Part shown: piece after piece, positions 12,370 through 24,499 of the stretch
Position numbering within the stretch: the first letter of the stretch is position 1
Layout of the letters: each line of letters starts with the position of its first letter
Source of the DNA: Vicugna vicugna
Taxonomy: Eukaryota
Assembly (NCBI GenBank): GCA_013265495.1
Contig: MU058463.1
Location: forward strand, 4,300,244 to 4,364,243
DNA: 64,000 nucleotides
Reading direction: 5' to 3'
Position numbers and translations under genes: made by a program
The notes under the pieces: generated by a model
Seen by the model: only the letters and a program-made list of their open reading frames with translations
What the model was told of the DNA's origin: nothing
The model's database searches: none

Positions 12370-12994
12370 ATGTCATTCTCACAGAGCTTTCTGTGATGAT
12401 GGAGATGTTCTTCATCTGGGCTAGACTATATGGTAGCCATTGGTCACATGTAGCTATTGAGGACAAGAAATGTGATTGAAAACTAAATTTAAAACTTAAT
12501 TTCCATGCATTTAACCATAGGTTTATTTTCTATGTTTGTGAGTCTGTTTCTGTTTTGTAAATAAGTTCATTTGTGTCTTTTTTGTTAGATTCCATGTATG
12601 AGTGATACCATATGGTATTTTCTTTTCTCTCTGGATTTCTTCACTTAGAATGACAAACTTATGGTCACCAGGGGGTTGATGGAGGTGGGAAGGGATAAAT
12701 TAAGAGTTCAAGATTTGCAGATAATAACTACTATATATAAAATAGATAAACAACTAGTTTCTTCTGTATAGCATAGGGAACTATACTCAATATCTTGTAG
12801 TAACTTATAATGAAAAAGCACATGAAAGTAAATGTATGTTTATATATATATGACTGAAATATTATACTCAATACCAGAAATTGACATAACATTATAATCT
12901 GACTATATACTTCAATAAAAAAACCCCTTAATTTAAGTGCCTTTAAATGTAAACAGCTACATATAACGAGTGGCTACTATTTTGGACAGTGCAC
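12370..12994. mobile_element. MER3 hAT-Charlie element interrupted by L1
   Basis: Left half 'gagctttctgtgatgatggagatgttc...tatggtagccattggtcacatgtagctattgag'; right half 'taaacagctacatata..agtggctactattttggacagtgcac'. Confidence 0.85.
12503..12925 (+). mobile_element. Short artiodactyl-type L1 3' end with 5' inversion
   Basis: ~12510-12654 is L1 in minus orientation; 12655-12923 is plus orientation ending in caataaaaaaa; cttaattt present on both flanks. Confidence 0.85.
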
Positions 12995-13632
12995 TCCATA
13001 CCAACCTGGTGGCTATAAAATCTGTTTATTCAGCGATGCCCTTGCCACAGTTCAGATCAGCAATATTTCCCAAGCGAGGAGTGATCTTTAAGGGCCATAT
13101 TGATCTGACTGAGATCATTTAAATGTCTCATTGCCATTTTCCCTGTTATCAAGCTGCTAAAATCAAGAGGGGGCAGCTAGTCTACGGTGTCGCTGTATTT
13201 GCACCAGAATTTGGGCAATTCCTGGTCAAACACCTTCTTCTGCAAAGATTATAAGTATTTCTGAAGGCTTTCTAATCGACTGGAAGAATAAAATAGGGCT
13301 CCTGACAGTACTAGGAACACTGTGGGTACTGTTTACACTGTTCATAACAACACTGTGAATAACGTCATCATCTCCGACTCAGTCTCTATCATTTTTGTAA
13401 CCAATGCAACTTCCAAGCCTTCTCTGTCCCCAGTAGTGACTGAGTACAGGTCAGAGGTGGTCTGTGCTACGGCTGTTGATGGTGCCAACTGTTCTCTCCA
13501 CAAAGGCGGGCAGAGAGAGCTCTACTCTAGTCATCCTGTCCGCGGCTGCTCCCTTTTCTGCCAACGCTGTCTTCCTCTTCTGTAGGCATGTCATCATGTA
13601 CTCACAGCTCCTTCTAAGGGAAACTTATAAAA

Positions 13633-14290
13633 CTTTTAGACAACTTCATTTAGATATAATTTGCATGCTGTGCTATTTGCCATTTTAAATTGTAAAATTC
13701 AATGGATTTTGAATATTCACAGAGTTGTGCAACTACCAACAAAATCGATTTTAGAACATTTTCATCATCCACCAAAGAAACCTTGCACCCAGAAGCAGTC
13801 AATTCCCATTTCTCATCATCTCACTCCCAGGCCTAGGTAGACACTAATCTATGTCACTATAGCTCTGCCTTACTCTGGAGATTCACATAAATGGAAGCAT
13901 ACAGTATATGGTCCTCTGTGAGTGACTTCTTTCACTTAGCGGAAGTTTTCAAGGCTCATTGGCATTACAGCATGTGTCAGTACTTCATACCTTTTTAGTG
14001 CTAAATAATATTCCATTGTATAGATTTGCCACATTTTAGTTTTTCATTCATCAGTTAATGGACATTTGGTTTCTTTCCACTTCTTGACTATTGTGAATAA
14101 TGCTGCTTTGAATATTTATGCACAAGTTTTGATATGGACAGCTGTTTTCATTTCCCTTGAGTATGTCCAGGAGTGGATTAAGGACTCAGACATTTTAAGG
14201 AACAGTTAAAGGAACAGACAATTGTCTTCCAAAGTAGTAGAGTCCTAATTTTAAGGAACAGACAACTGTCTTCCAAAGTGGTAAAGTCCT
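13633..14290 (-). mobile_element. L1MB-like 3' end
   Basis: 'gatataatttgcatg...aattcaatggattttgaatattcacagagttgtgcaac...ttctttcacttagc...ttgtgaataatgctgct'. Confidence 0.9.
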
Positions 14291-14293
14291 AAT
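14207..14293. repeat. ~43-bp imperfect tandem duplication
   Basis: aaggaacagacaattgtcttccaaagtagtagagtcctaat / aaggaacagacaactgtcttccaaagtggtaaagtcctaat. Confidence 0.85.
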
Positions 14294-14439
14294 GATTTAA
14301 AAGCCAAACTGTATGCAAGAGAGAAAGCCTATGTGACATATTTCTCAGGACAAGCATTCCACAACTACTTTCGCTTGTCCAAATGCATCATAATGATTCA
14401 GTGTATTGTATATTTGCCTTTCCTGAAATTAGGTGTTCT

Positions 14440-15185
14440 TTCCTGAGAAATCATTGACATACATCACTGTATAAATTTAAGGTGTACAACATATTGGTTT
14501 GGTTCATAAATTGTAAAATAATTACCCCAATAGGTTCAGCTAATATCCATCTTTTCAATAAATACAATAGATATAATAAAAAGAAAAGAAAGAGAAAAAA
14601 GGGAAAAAGTCTTTTCCTAGTGATGAGAACTCTTAGGATTTACTGTCCTAACAGCTTTCCTGTATGTCCTATAGCAGTTTTAACTACAATTGTCTTGTAA
14701 TACATTACGTCCCTAGTGCTTACTTACAAGTGGAAGTTTGTACCTTTTGACCACCTTCCCCCAAAGTCCCCTATCCCCACCCTCCACCTCTGGTAAACAC
14801 AGTGTCTGATCTCTTTTTCTATGAATTTGACCTTTTTTTCTTTCAGTTCCATATGTAAGTGAGATCATATAGTATTTGTCTTTCTCTGCCTTATTTCACT
14901 TAACATAGTGCCTTCAAGGTCCATTCATGTTGTGGCGAATGGCAGAATTTCCTCATTTTTATAGCTGAATAATATTCCATTTATTATTCCTTTATCCTTT
15001 TGTCCATTGATGGACACTTAGGTCATTTCCATGCCTTGACTATTGTAAATAATGTTACTATGGACAGTGGGGTGCAGGTATCTTTTTGAGTTAGTGTTTT
15101 CATTTTCTCTGGATATATTCCCAGAAGTGAAATTCTTGGATCATATAGTAAGTAGTTCTATTTTTAATCTTTTAAGGATCCTCTG
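14440..15185 (-). mobile_element. L1MA-like 3' end and ORF2 C-terminus
   Basis: 'gtgatgagaactcttaggatttact', 'gtaagtgagatcatatagtatttgtc', 'ggatatattcccagaagtgaaattcttggatcatat'. Confidence 0.9.
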
Positions 15186-15475
15186 AGGAAAAAGTTTTTA
15201 TAATTTGATGGGAAGAAACGGTCTCAGATGGCCACGGGAGGCATCACATGACTCTTGTCCCCAGTTGTAGTTCATTGTCCCAAAGACGTGTACCTGTCCC
15301 AATGGCAGCTGATTTCCAGGCTGTCAAAGGCTTATGCCATCAACTTGCCTCCAAAGATGAGTTGTGCCAATTCATTTCTCTCTATTAGGGACATGATGTG
15401 TGAATTGTAATGATAGGAAAGAGGCCAGCCATGGGAGCTGAGACCTGAAAGATTGCTGAGAGAAAAGCTGTGGAG

Positions 15476-15623
15476 GAACTTGAGGATTATGACAAACCCA
15501 AGTCATTAGGAAGCAGAAATGATGAGAAAGATGGAAAGGCAGAAACTATGAACTTGAGGATTATGACAAACCCAAGTCATTAGGAAGCAGAAATGATGAG
15601 AAAGATGGAAAGGCAGAAACTAT
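15476..15623. repeat. Exact 74-bp tandem duplication
   Basis: gaacttgaggattatgacaaaccc...ggcagaaactat at 15476-15549 and 15550-15623, identical. Confidence 0.95.
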
Positions 15624-15877
15624 GAGTAAGCAGAAGATACAAGGCAAGGAAGAGAAAAACAGATTAGCGTATGAAGAGTCGGTCCCTAGCTACTGGGGGA
15701 TGATGGAGACATGAAGGAGTAGCAGAGCCACGTCGACAGCAAAGCCCTAGAAAGAAAAGCACATGTTACTGCTGCTGAGGCATAGAAGTGGTCCTGGTCC
15801 CAGGAGCCTGATTCTGTGTTTTCTTTTCTGTAAAAATACAGGGCTGTGGGCTTCTCTTTGGTTCCCTAGTGTAGATC

Positions 15878-16428
15878 TGTATTAGGCAGGGTTTTCCAGA
15901 GAAACAGAAAATATATATATATATACATATATACACACACACACACATATACACATATATCATATATGTGATACACATATATAAAACTATATCTTTATAT
16001 ATTATTATATTATATGCTATTCTATATTATATATATGCATATATATAGAGAGAGAGATAAAGGAAGGGAGGGAAGAAGGGAGAGAGAGAGAGAAATAGAT
16101 TTATTTTTAGGAATTGGCTCACATGATTGTATAGACTGGAAAGTCTGAAATTTGAAATTCAGGTAAGAGTTGATGTTGCAGTCTTGAGTCTGAATGCCTC
16201 AGGGTAACAGGATGGAAACTCAGGCAGAATTTCTATGTTGCAATTTTTGAGGAGAATTTCTTCCTTTTAAGGTCTTCAACTGATTTGATGGGTCCCACCC
16301 ACCGTTTAGAGGGTAATTTGCTTTATACAAAGTCTGATGATTTCTTTCTGCAACATATACACTAGTGCTTGACCAAGCAATTGGGTACCATAGACTAGCC
16401 AAGCTGACACATAAAATTAACCTTCACA
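15878..16428 (-). mobile_element. MLT2-type (ERVL) solo LTR with internal (TA/CA/GA)n
   Basis: tgtattaggcagggttttccagagaaacagaa ... 'ggaattggctcacatgattg' ... 'ccaagctgacacataaaattaaccttcaca'. Confidence 0.9.
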
Positions 16429-16589
16429 GGATTCTTACTAAAAATTTTCTGTTGCTTGAGGCAGCTTTAATCTCTGCGTTGTTCTCAAATTTTTCAGCTA
16501 GTAAGCATTGAATAAGAATTTAATCCCAGAAATCTGACTCAAAACTTATGTTTTAACCACTAAGAGCTTACATCATTTTGTCTTATATC

Positions 16590-17000
16590 TATCATTTACT
16601 AAGTCATTTCTTTATTCAGGATATTTACTGGGGACCTCTTAAATGGTTGGCATGGTATTGGCTTCTGAGAAGACAAAGTAATTATTAAAATATATAACAA
16701 TATATTTATTAAATATAATAAATATGATTAATATCATGTCTTAGATAATGCCTATATTAAACATATTTTAAATATATTTAAAATAAAACAAAATATTTAA
16801 GATATAAAATTAGACCTAATGTGATAATAGATGTGAGAGGAAGGCACAATGAGGGGAAGCAATTACTGTGGTTGGGAGGTGGGTTTAGGGAACATTTTCA
16901 CTGGGCAGCCTTGGATGTCAGTTGTGAAGGATGAATCAGCATTAACTCGGTAGAAGGGGAGAGTGGAGAAGCCCAGGGTCTGAGAGAAAACAGCACATCA
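16590..17000 (-). mobile_element. L2 3' fragment
   Basis: 'ttcaggatatttactggg...', 'tgaaggatgaatcagcattaact', 'gagagaaaacagcac'. Confidence 0.5.
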
Positions 17001-17054
17001 CTGAAACGTTAGCTGGAAGTCTCAATTTAGGATTTAAGTGCTTTGAAATAATCC

Positions 17055-17260
17055 CTCCTTCCTTCCTTCCTTCCTTCCTTCCTTCCTTCCTTCCTTTCCT
17101 TCCTTCCTTNNNNNNNNNNNNNNNNNNNNNNNNNNNNNNNNNNNNNNNNNNNNNNNNNNNNNNNNNNNNNNNNNNNNNNNNNNNNNNNNNNNNNNNNNNN
17201 NNNNNNNNNNNNNNNNNNNNNNNNNNNNNNNNNNNNNNNNNNNNNNNNNNNCTTTCTTTC

Positions 17261-17308
<48 letters not shown>

Positions 17309-17510
17309 TTTCTTCTTTCTCTCTCTCTTTCTTTTCTTTTTCTTTCTTCCTTTCTTCTTTCCTTCCTCTTTTCTTTCTTTCTTTCTTTCTTTCCTTCCTT
17401 CCTTCCTTCCTTCCTTGCCTCCTTCCTTCCTTACTTCTTCCTTCCCTTTCTCTTTCTCTTTCTCTCTTTCTTCTTCTCTTCTTTTCTTTCTTCCTCTCTT
17501 TCTCTCTCTT
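17055..17510. repeat. (TTCC)n/(TTTC)n polypyrimidine microsatellite complex spanning an assembly gap
   Basis: Directly visible; N run at 17110-17251. Confidence 0.95.
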
Positions 17511-18429
17511 CTGATTCTATCCAGCCCCCAGCCACTTAACTGAGGTCTTATACATCCTACACGCTTCATTAAAATCATTGAATGAATAAATGAATGATTA
17601 ATAAGAAATATACACTTGATAATCACATTCTTCCACAAGTCTAGTTGCTGCCTTCAGAGAACAACAACAAACCCCCCAAAAACTGAGATCACCTGCCTCA
17701 ACTAGTATAATAATTCTTGTCCTTTCAAACAATTCTCCTTTGATGATGGCAGTTAAAATTATTGTTGTCCCTTTCCCCACTCTGCATAGATAATCAAGGA
17801 CTGATTACAGCTATGAACTAGGTAGGTAGAGGAAAAGAGCCTGAAGACAATGTTGAAACTTAAGCTCAAGCAATGGAATGTTGCAATTGACCAGGGGGAC
17901 CAGCTGCCACAATCAGCTCCTTCTGGTAGCCAGAAATTATGAGAGAGGAATCTTGGTGTTCAGTTTAAACAGAACCAATGGGCCATCTGGAGGGTCACAA
18001 GGCAAGGCAGTGAGTTGTGATGATATTGCAAGAAACAGTATGTGTTCACCATACATGCGTGCACATACTTGTAATGTGTTAGGAATGTTTCAGGTCATGA
18101 ATGCTTCTTATTTAAAGGAGTGTTAATATAGAACTATCATCTGGACTTAGTTATTAAAATGTTTTGATCTTTTAATCATATATTTTAAATTTTAGAAGGA
18201 ACCAAGTAATTGGATTTAATTCAATGCACAGCTTAGAGGCAGTCAGCTGGTAAAAATGTGTAAGTTTTTCCCCTATCCCAATAGCCTAGCACACATGACA
18301 TAAACAGATACATACATACTATGAGGTCTGTGCAGAATGATGAAAATAACAAGCCATAACTCCTACCTGTAACCTTATAGTAAAGAATAGTCCACAGGTT
18401 CATGTGGATGTTGAAAACTCTTTTCATAC

Positions 18430-18560
18430 TGATATTCTTTAGACTCTAAGCTCAGCACCACTACTGGCTACTTATGAATAAATTCTTTAGCTTTTCTGAG
18501 CCACCATATCTTCATCAGTAAAATAGAGGACCAAAGTAGTTGACTTTTCTAATTCATAAA
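18430..18560 (+). mobile_element. MIR fragment
   Basis: 'ttagcttttctgagccaccatatcttcatcagtaaaatagagga'. Confidence 0.55.
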
Positions 18561-21318
18561 ATGTTGTGTTCATCAGAGGAGTTCGTATTTTGAGGCCACA
18601 TTGAAGAGGACAGATTTTATTTTTTGTGTGGCCTGTGTGGTCTCTTTGAATTGGGTGAAGACAACTGGAAGGTTCTTGTGAGTTTCTGTGTTACCACTTA
18701 ATAGTTATGAGATTCAGGTGTAAAATGGAAGATTGTAACATCTTCCAGGACTATTTCATAGGATGGCTATGAGAATCCAATGTGGTAATTGTTGTAAAAT
18801 GTATTAACTGCTATACAAATGTGACCCAGCTATGAAATATCAAGCAGAGAGAAACAAGAAATTGGAAGAAGGTTGAACCATGGAAACTTCCGCAACCCAA
18901 GGATAGGGATAAAAGAAAATACAAAGAGAGGAGGGTAGAAAATTGACAAAGAGGGAGGTAGAAAAACGAGAGGAAGTAATACATGGGAAATATAAACTAG
19001 TTTTTACTAAAAAGACTTTTCAGATTTTACCTAGTTTAATATATTAAATTCATAGGTCTTATTCCAGCAATATTTCCTTCAAAATTTGAGTAAAAAGTAC
19101 ATTTTTACTTTTTAAGAAAGTAAAGAAAAAAAAAGAAAAAAGAAAAACTATCTGATTCTTGTATACAAATTCTAAATTAGTTTATTTCTAGCTTAAAGAA
19201 AAGTCAGTCCTACAAAATCAGTCTGCATTTGCCCTTTATCCTGAGCCTGTCTTTTCAGCTACTTTGCTCAAAAAGATCTTCGCTCTGGACTTGGAGAAAG
19301 GGCAAATGGTGTTACAGAAGAAACAGTCTATCCAATTGACCATAGGTTTCTAATTGTGCACGGGAGTACACACTCTAGCTAAGATCTTACATCAAAGCTT
19401 CTTATTTTAAAGAACAATTCTTGCTGGATGGTATGACTGTTTCATTGGTTTTGTTGAAGAAGGCAGGCAAGATTAAATGCTTCATTGACGCAAGAACAAA
19501 GATAAGCTAAGGGGTCTGGCAAAGGTTGAGTAGTGTATTTTTTAAGTGAATACGATACCAATTTTTATGAGTCTGGCTAGTCACATTTTGGTTGAAAACC
19601 TAATCTTGTTCCAAGACTAAAAGGATAAATTAATACCCTCTCAACAGCGTATAAGATGGTTAAAGCCAAAACTATTTGATTATTTTTACTCTGATATGTT
19701 GAGCAACTGTCATTTTAATCAATACAATTAATTAGCATGACATTGTATTTGAAGCGCTTATGAAATAAAAAACTTGCTTGTGAGTGGTTTTGCTGTTACT
19801 TCTCGTCTCTCTTCTTTAGTCTCCAGCATTTTGGCTGATGCTTTATAGTCCATCTCCTGATTTAAACTCTAATCATTATCTACTTTGAATCACTCGTGAC
19901 ACTCAAAATATTTTGCTGAAATAGAATGTTTGATATTTAGGACAAGTTTTAACAATCTGTCTTCTTCTGAAGTGACTAATTTTAAAGAAAAAAATGCCGA
20001 GTCATATTCACACTTTACATGCATGCATTATTTTGTGATGGGTTTTTCTCTAAGCATAAATAATTTCTTCTTAGGGCAAGAACTTGGACAAACACGGCAT
20101 CAGGGCTAAAGCATCTACAAGTGGATTGTCTACAAGGGAACCGCTTATCTTAAATTTATGCTGCAATCAGAAATAAAGGTAGATGAAATCTTTTTACACT
20201 GTCACCATAGGGAGGAAAAAGCACAAATGAACACTTACTGCTTTGTGTCTCTTCCTACATATTTTGCCAGAAAAATATTTTCCTGGTCAAAGCATCTTTG
20301 CTAAATTTATCTCCAGAGGGACATTGCTGTTCAATCAAATCTTTGCAAGATTCTACCCTGGCGTTCCAAAAAGAAAAATTACTCAGTGTGATGTGTTTTA
20401 TTATTTTCTTTTGAATAATTCCAGGAATAGGTCATAAAATATTTTGGTCAGCAAGTGTTCCAGACTGAGTCTTGGAGATTTAAGTTGTCAACTTAAAACA
20501 GAGACTTTACAGAATCCTTGTCTGTGATGGTTTAACTGTTACTGTGTCAAGTTGAAAAGTAGCTTTATGTTAATTTACTTCAGAGAATGAAACATGAAAT
20601 AAATACAGTTTTGTTTATGCTCAGCTTTCTCATTTTAAAGTGAGAAGATAATATTTTATGGAAAAATTTGAAAACATAGAATTAATTCTTAAGACATGAG
20701 ATAAAGAGGTATGATTTTTTTCTTTTCCTGTAGCACACGCACATTAACTCTTTCTTTAGTCTATTTTTGTTCTGCTAAAAATGTATATGCCCACTTAGTC
20801 TGGATTTTTTGGCCACAGTTTTTCCCTCAAGTTTTGAAGCTAATGGAAAAAAATATCCATTCTCCCCTCAAATGTTCAACGTGAGAAAAATACTGGCAAC
20901 TGGTATGCTCTCACAAATAAACTGATTGATAGTATCTGCATCACTTTGGGATTTAGAAGAATAAAACAAAGTTCTTTGTGTGTGTATGTGTATATTTCCT
21001 CTTTTTGCCTTGTTATTTTTGCCTTATTTATTACTTGTAATGTTAAAACTAAGACTCATTTCAAACATTAGTATCAAAAGTTGCTTACCTGTTAAAGTTT
21101 ATGAACCCTCAACCATGAAGGTGAAATTATTATTATCAACCATGAAGCTATTACTAATTTTTAGAGCTTTTGTAGTTTCAATTAAAGGTCTCAGTCTCTA
21201 TGTACAACATATATAAGCAAGATGAATAAAAATTGGTTTGCAAATTAAAAAGAACAATAAATCCAAGTTCAACAGAGGGACCTGCATAGAAAGACAAATA
21301 TTAAAAAAAATATATTTA

Positions 21319-21380
21319 GTTAAATACTAATTTCCTGCCAAGAATCCTGGTTAAATATTAATTTCCTGCCAAGAATCCTG
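21319..21380. repeat. 31-bp tandem duplication (1 mismatch)
   Basis: gttaaata(c/t)taatttcctgccaagaatcctg x2. Confidence 0.9.
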
Positions 21381-22599
21381 GTCCACACTGTTGATGAAGA
21401 TCCCCACTGTCTATGGTAAATGAGTCTATGGCGATGGTGATCTGACATTAGCAGAGGAAATGGACAACCTTGGTTACTCTTCTCCCAGATTCTCAGTTAG
21501 ATGTTTTCTAGAGGATAGAACTTGAGGGTGTTAGGTGGTCTGAGATATCAATGAGCAAGATGAGTAGAATTTCACTTTGTAGAAGAAATGAAAAGTCCAA
21601 GAGTCAGTCATGGCTCAGTCTCTTTCTTCCCAACCTTATAGTCTGTTTCTGAGTTTTTGTAACTTAGTGTATGAGTAATAATCAGAAGAGCCCTGGGGAT
21701 GATTACTGAGGAGATTTTACTTTAACCAAAACTGTGACAGACTTGTCCCTTGGGTCAAGCACTGGGGCCTCAAAGCATGTCATTTAATATGCCATTTTTA
21801 GTAGACGTTCATCTGAACAAGTTGGAAATTTTAAAATAAGGGCTAACTGCCCTCCAATTTCATTATTATTTAATTATTTATCAAAGGAATCAGGACCAAC
21901 AGAACTTTACCTTTGGCTTTTTTACATGCCTGGGTTTGTACTTTTGGTTTGATGCTAGAACTTCAGTTCTTCAAGAACATCTTCTCTGAACTGATACATT
22001 GAAACAGAATGCCATTCCAAGGAAATCGATGGCTGGTACTAGGGAGGCTACAGGTGACTGGAATTTTCACATGACAGTCACTTTTATGTAACATTTTACA
22101 ATTTAGTTCTAGTTGCTATCAACTGTCCTAGCTAGAATCCATCTCATTTCCTTTCTTCCACCATTTTCTTTTTGGCTATAGTTATCAAGAATTTTAATTG
22201 TTTGTAAACAGCTTTCTAAGCTAATGAAATAAATGTGTCAAATGCATTTTTTTTTCATTTTATGTTTTAATAGTTATCCCCTGAGTTCATTTTCTTGCCA
22301 TGCTAGAAACAGCTCTAAATAGGTTCTGTTTCATTGTTGAAGTACAGATCTCTGAAATCTCATGCTGTGGTACCACATCACCTGATTGATACTGTTATTG
22401 CCAGGGAACCATGTTTCATAACTTTTCTTGGTGAAATTAAATTGATTTGTGGAAATAACTAGAAAATTTAAACCAAGAACTCTTAACTCCCCTATCTCAA
22501 TCTTAGAAATGGAAAAATTGAAGACAGCCCAGATTTCTTTTTTTTTTTTTTTGTTCTGTGTCTAATTTACTATCTTAAATAAGCTGATGATCCTTCTAG

Positions 22600-23190
22600 A
22601 GAGATTCCACTTTGGCACCTGGCTTCAGTCTTCCTGTGGACCCTCAGTCCATGTGGTATCCCAGATGACTTCAACACCTGCCCAGATGACACAGGTTTCT
22701 CAGGGCTTTGAGTTACTCATCTCCAGTAGCTTCCACCGTCCCCTCTTTATCATGCCCTTCCATTTCCATGCTTTGTCATCACTCGTGTCTTCATCATTGA
22801 AATTTTATATCCAGACTTTGCTCTCTTGACATAGAGCCTCTGGCCTGGATCATCCATCTCTTTGTCCCATTAGGCTCTCCAGACTCTTGATTCTTCTACA
22901 TTTTCTTTCTCTGTTACCCACTTTCTACATTCATTTACCAAGCCATTTAGATTTTATGTTCCACCATTTCTGTCTCTCTTTGACAATATCAACTCTTTTG
23001 ACCCCATGTTCTTGTTTGACATCTGCTTAGCAAAATCTCAAGCCTGGATGAATTCATCCATCAGTCTTCCAGACCTGAATCTTGCTGATTAGAAAATCTC
23101 CCCATGAATAGACTGGTGCCATCAAAGTTTTGATGGGTTCAGCTGGGTTCTTGGTACAGCTTAGCCTTGACTCCCTGCCTTTCCAAGGAA
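22600..23190 (+). mobile_element. Old L2 internal fragment
   Basis: C/T-rich; 'agcaaaatctcaagcctggatgaattcatccatc' resembles the L2 ORF2 PW region. Confidence 0.55.
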
Positions 23191-24499
23191 CATGCCATAT
23201 ATCTTCAGCTATTTGGCACTCCTTTATGCCTCAGAAAAAGAAGTTGTGGCTTTCTTTATACATAGGTTTGCATATTTCTTCTTAAAGTTCCTCTTTAGAA
23301 TCAGTAGTTCAAATTGTGATGTTGAAAGGCCCATGGTAAATTTGGGCCCATATTTCCAATGCGGTGGGAGATCCCTGGGCATAAATACTGATATTGAAAG
23401 TCTAATGGGAGGTGGCATGTTGGTGCTGGGAGATCTTTTTGGTTTAAGGCAGGATGCCAGTAATAGCTGAATAACAGGGATCTAGAAATGGGCTGGAAAA
23501 GTCGTCAGGGCCTCAGTTAAATGTCTGGGCTTGGGGAAGAGTTTCATCCCCAGTAAGGAGACAAGAAGGCTCATGAGGATCTGAGAAGGACAGCCATGTG
23601 CAGTGTGCTCAGCAGTAGGATAGGATTAGTATCAGAAGTTGTACTGCTCAGCTCTGGTTCCTAGGCGTCACCACTGGATATTAGTTGTCTTAACCACAGG
23701 ATTGGTTTAAGATCTTACCAACTGCCTCCTTTGTTGGCATTGGTTTGGAGAAATGGGTGGAGCTGAGAATACAAGTTGGGTGGGCTGGTGAAACTCTAGG
23801 GGTGCCAGTGGTAGAGCGTCATCAGGGATGAGACAAGACATGAACTGGAGTCAGCCTGTAGAGGGCTTTGCCTACGGGCCCTACCTGATAGAAAGCCCTG
23901 GAAGAGAGTGACCCAACTGTGAAACCAAATTAAATGGAAACTGAATAAATAGGAGAGGGTCAGCTGTAATTTTTTTCAATAATATTATTTTATTCATATA
24001 AAAGGGGTGGGAGGGAAATTTTAAACCAAGAACCAACTCTTGGTTTGCCATTTGAAGATTGTATACGTCAAGGAAATTTTAGACCTGGGCATAGTGTTTG
24101 GGTTTGTGGCCTCCTGGCTCTCTCTTCTGCACGCTAATCTTCTGGTTTCAGTGCATTCACGGAAAATAAACTAATTTTAGTATTAACCTAATCAAAGTAC
24201 AGGAAGGCAGATCTGCTTTAATAACATAATATGGTATAATCCAAAGCTTAATATATTTGTTTCCTGCTGTAGGCAACTATAATATGTTAATAGATACAAA
24301 AACATCAATTGAAGGACAGTTATTTGCTTTACAAAATTTGATCATAAGATTTCTGTTAAAAACTGAATTTCCTCCAGGGAATTTAAAATCTTATTTGGTG
24401 TACTGATTCCATTTGCACACACATTTATATTGATTAATAATCAAGTGAGACTTATTATTAATAGGGATAAATATAGTCTTTAGAGTTGAGGCTTAAAGA

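Larger units (their letters stand above)
11620..13589 (-). pseudogene. Decayed coding-like sequence; candidate endogenous bornavirus-like nucleoprotein (EBLN) element, split by MER3/L1
   Basis: Collinear short motifs across frameshifts and stops, from atg cct(a)cag aag agg aag at 13589 to WDKKED (11774-11791) and DGA (11647-11655); details in findings. No intact ORF. Confidence 0.4.

Noticed and set aside
11900..14430. Resemblance to the NUGGC/SLIP-GC GTPase (LDKRK..KYVT*AF, RKRIYESL, KVDPFLR..IWP..EVTL, VALVTKM) and to NDC80 (KFEE..LSKAAM)
   Set aside because: Matches are not collinear and some overlap in incompatible frames. They show how easily short chance matches arise here. NUGGC stays an alternative to test by BLASTX.
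17027..17638. 203-aa K/E/R-rich ORF
   Set aside because: Translation of the (GAAA)/(GGAA) microsatellite across an N gap.
17598..17780. GKGTT P-loop-like peptide
   Set aside because: Not a proper Walker A motif and has no supporting exon structure.
19259..20178. Plus-strand exon-like segments 19259-19345 and 20075-20178
   Set aside because: The first has a weak donor and the second has stops in all three frames; lncRNA use cannot be judged from sequence.
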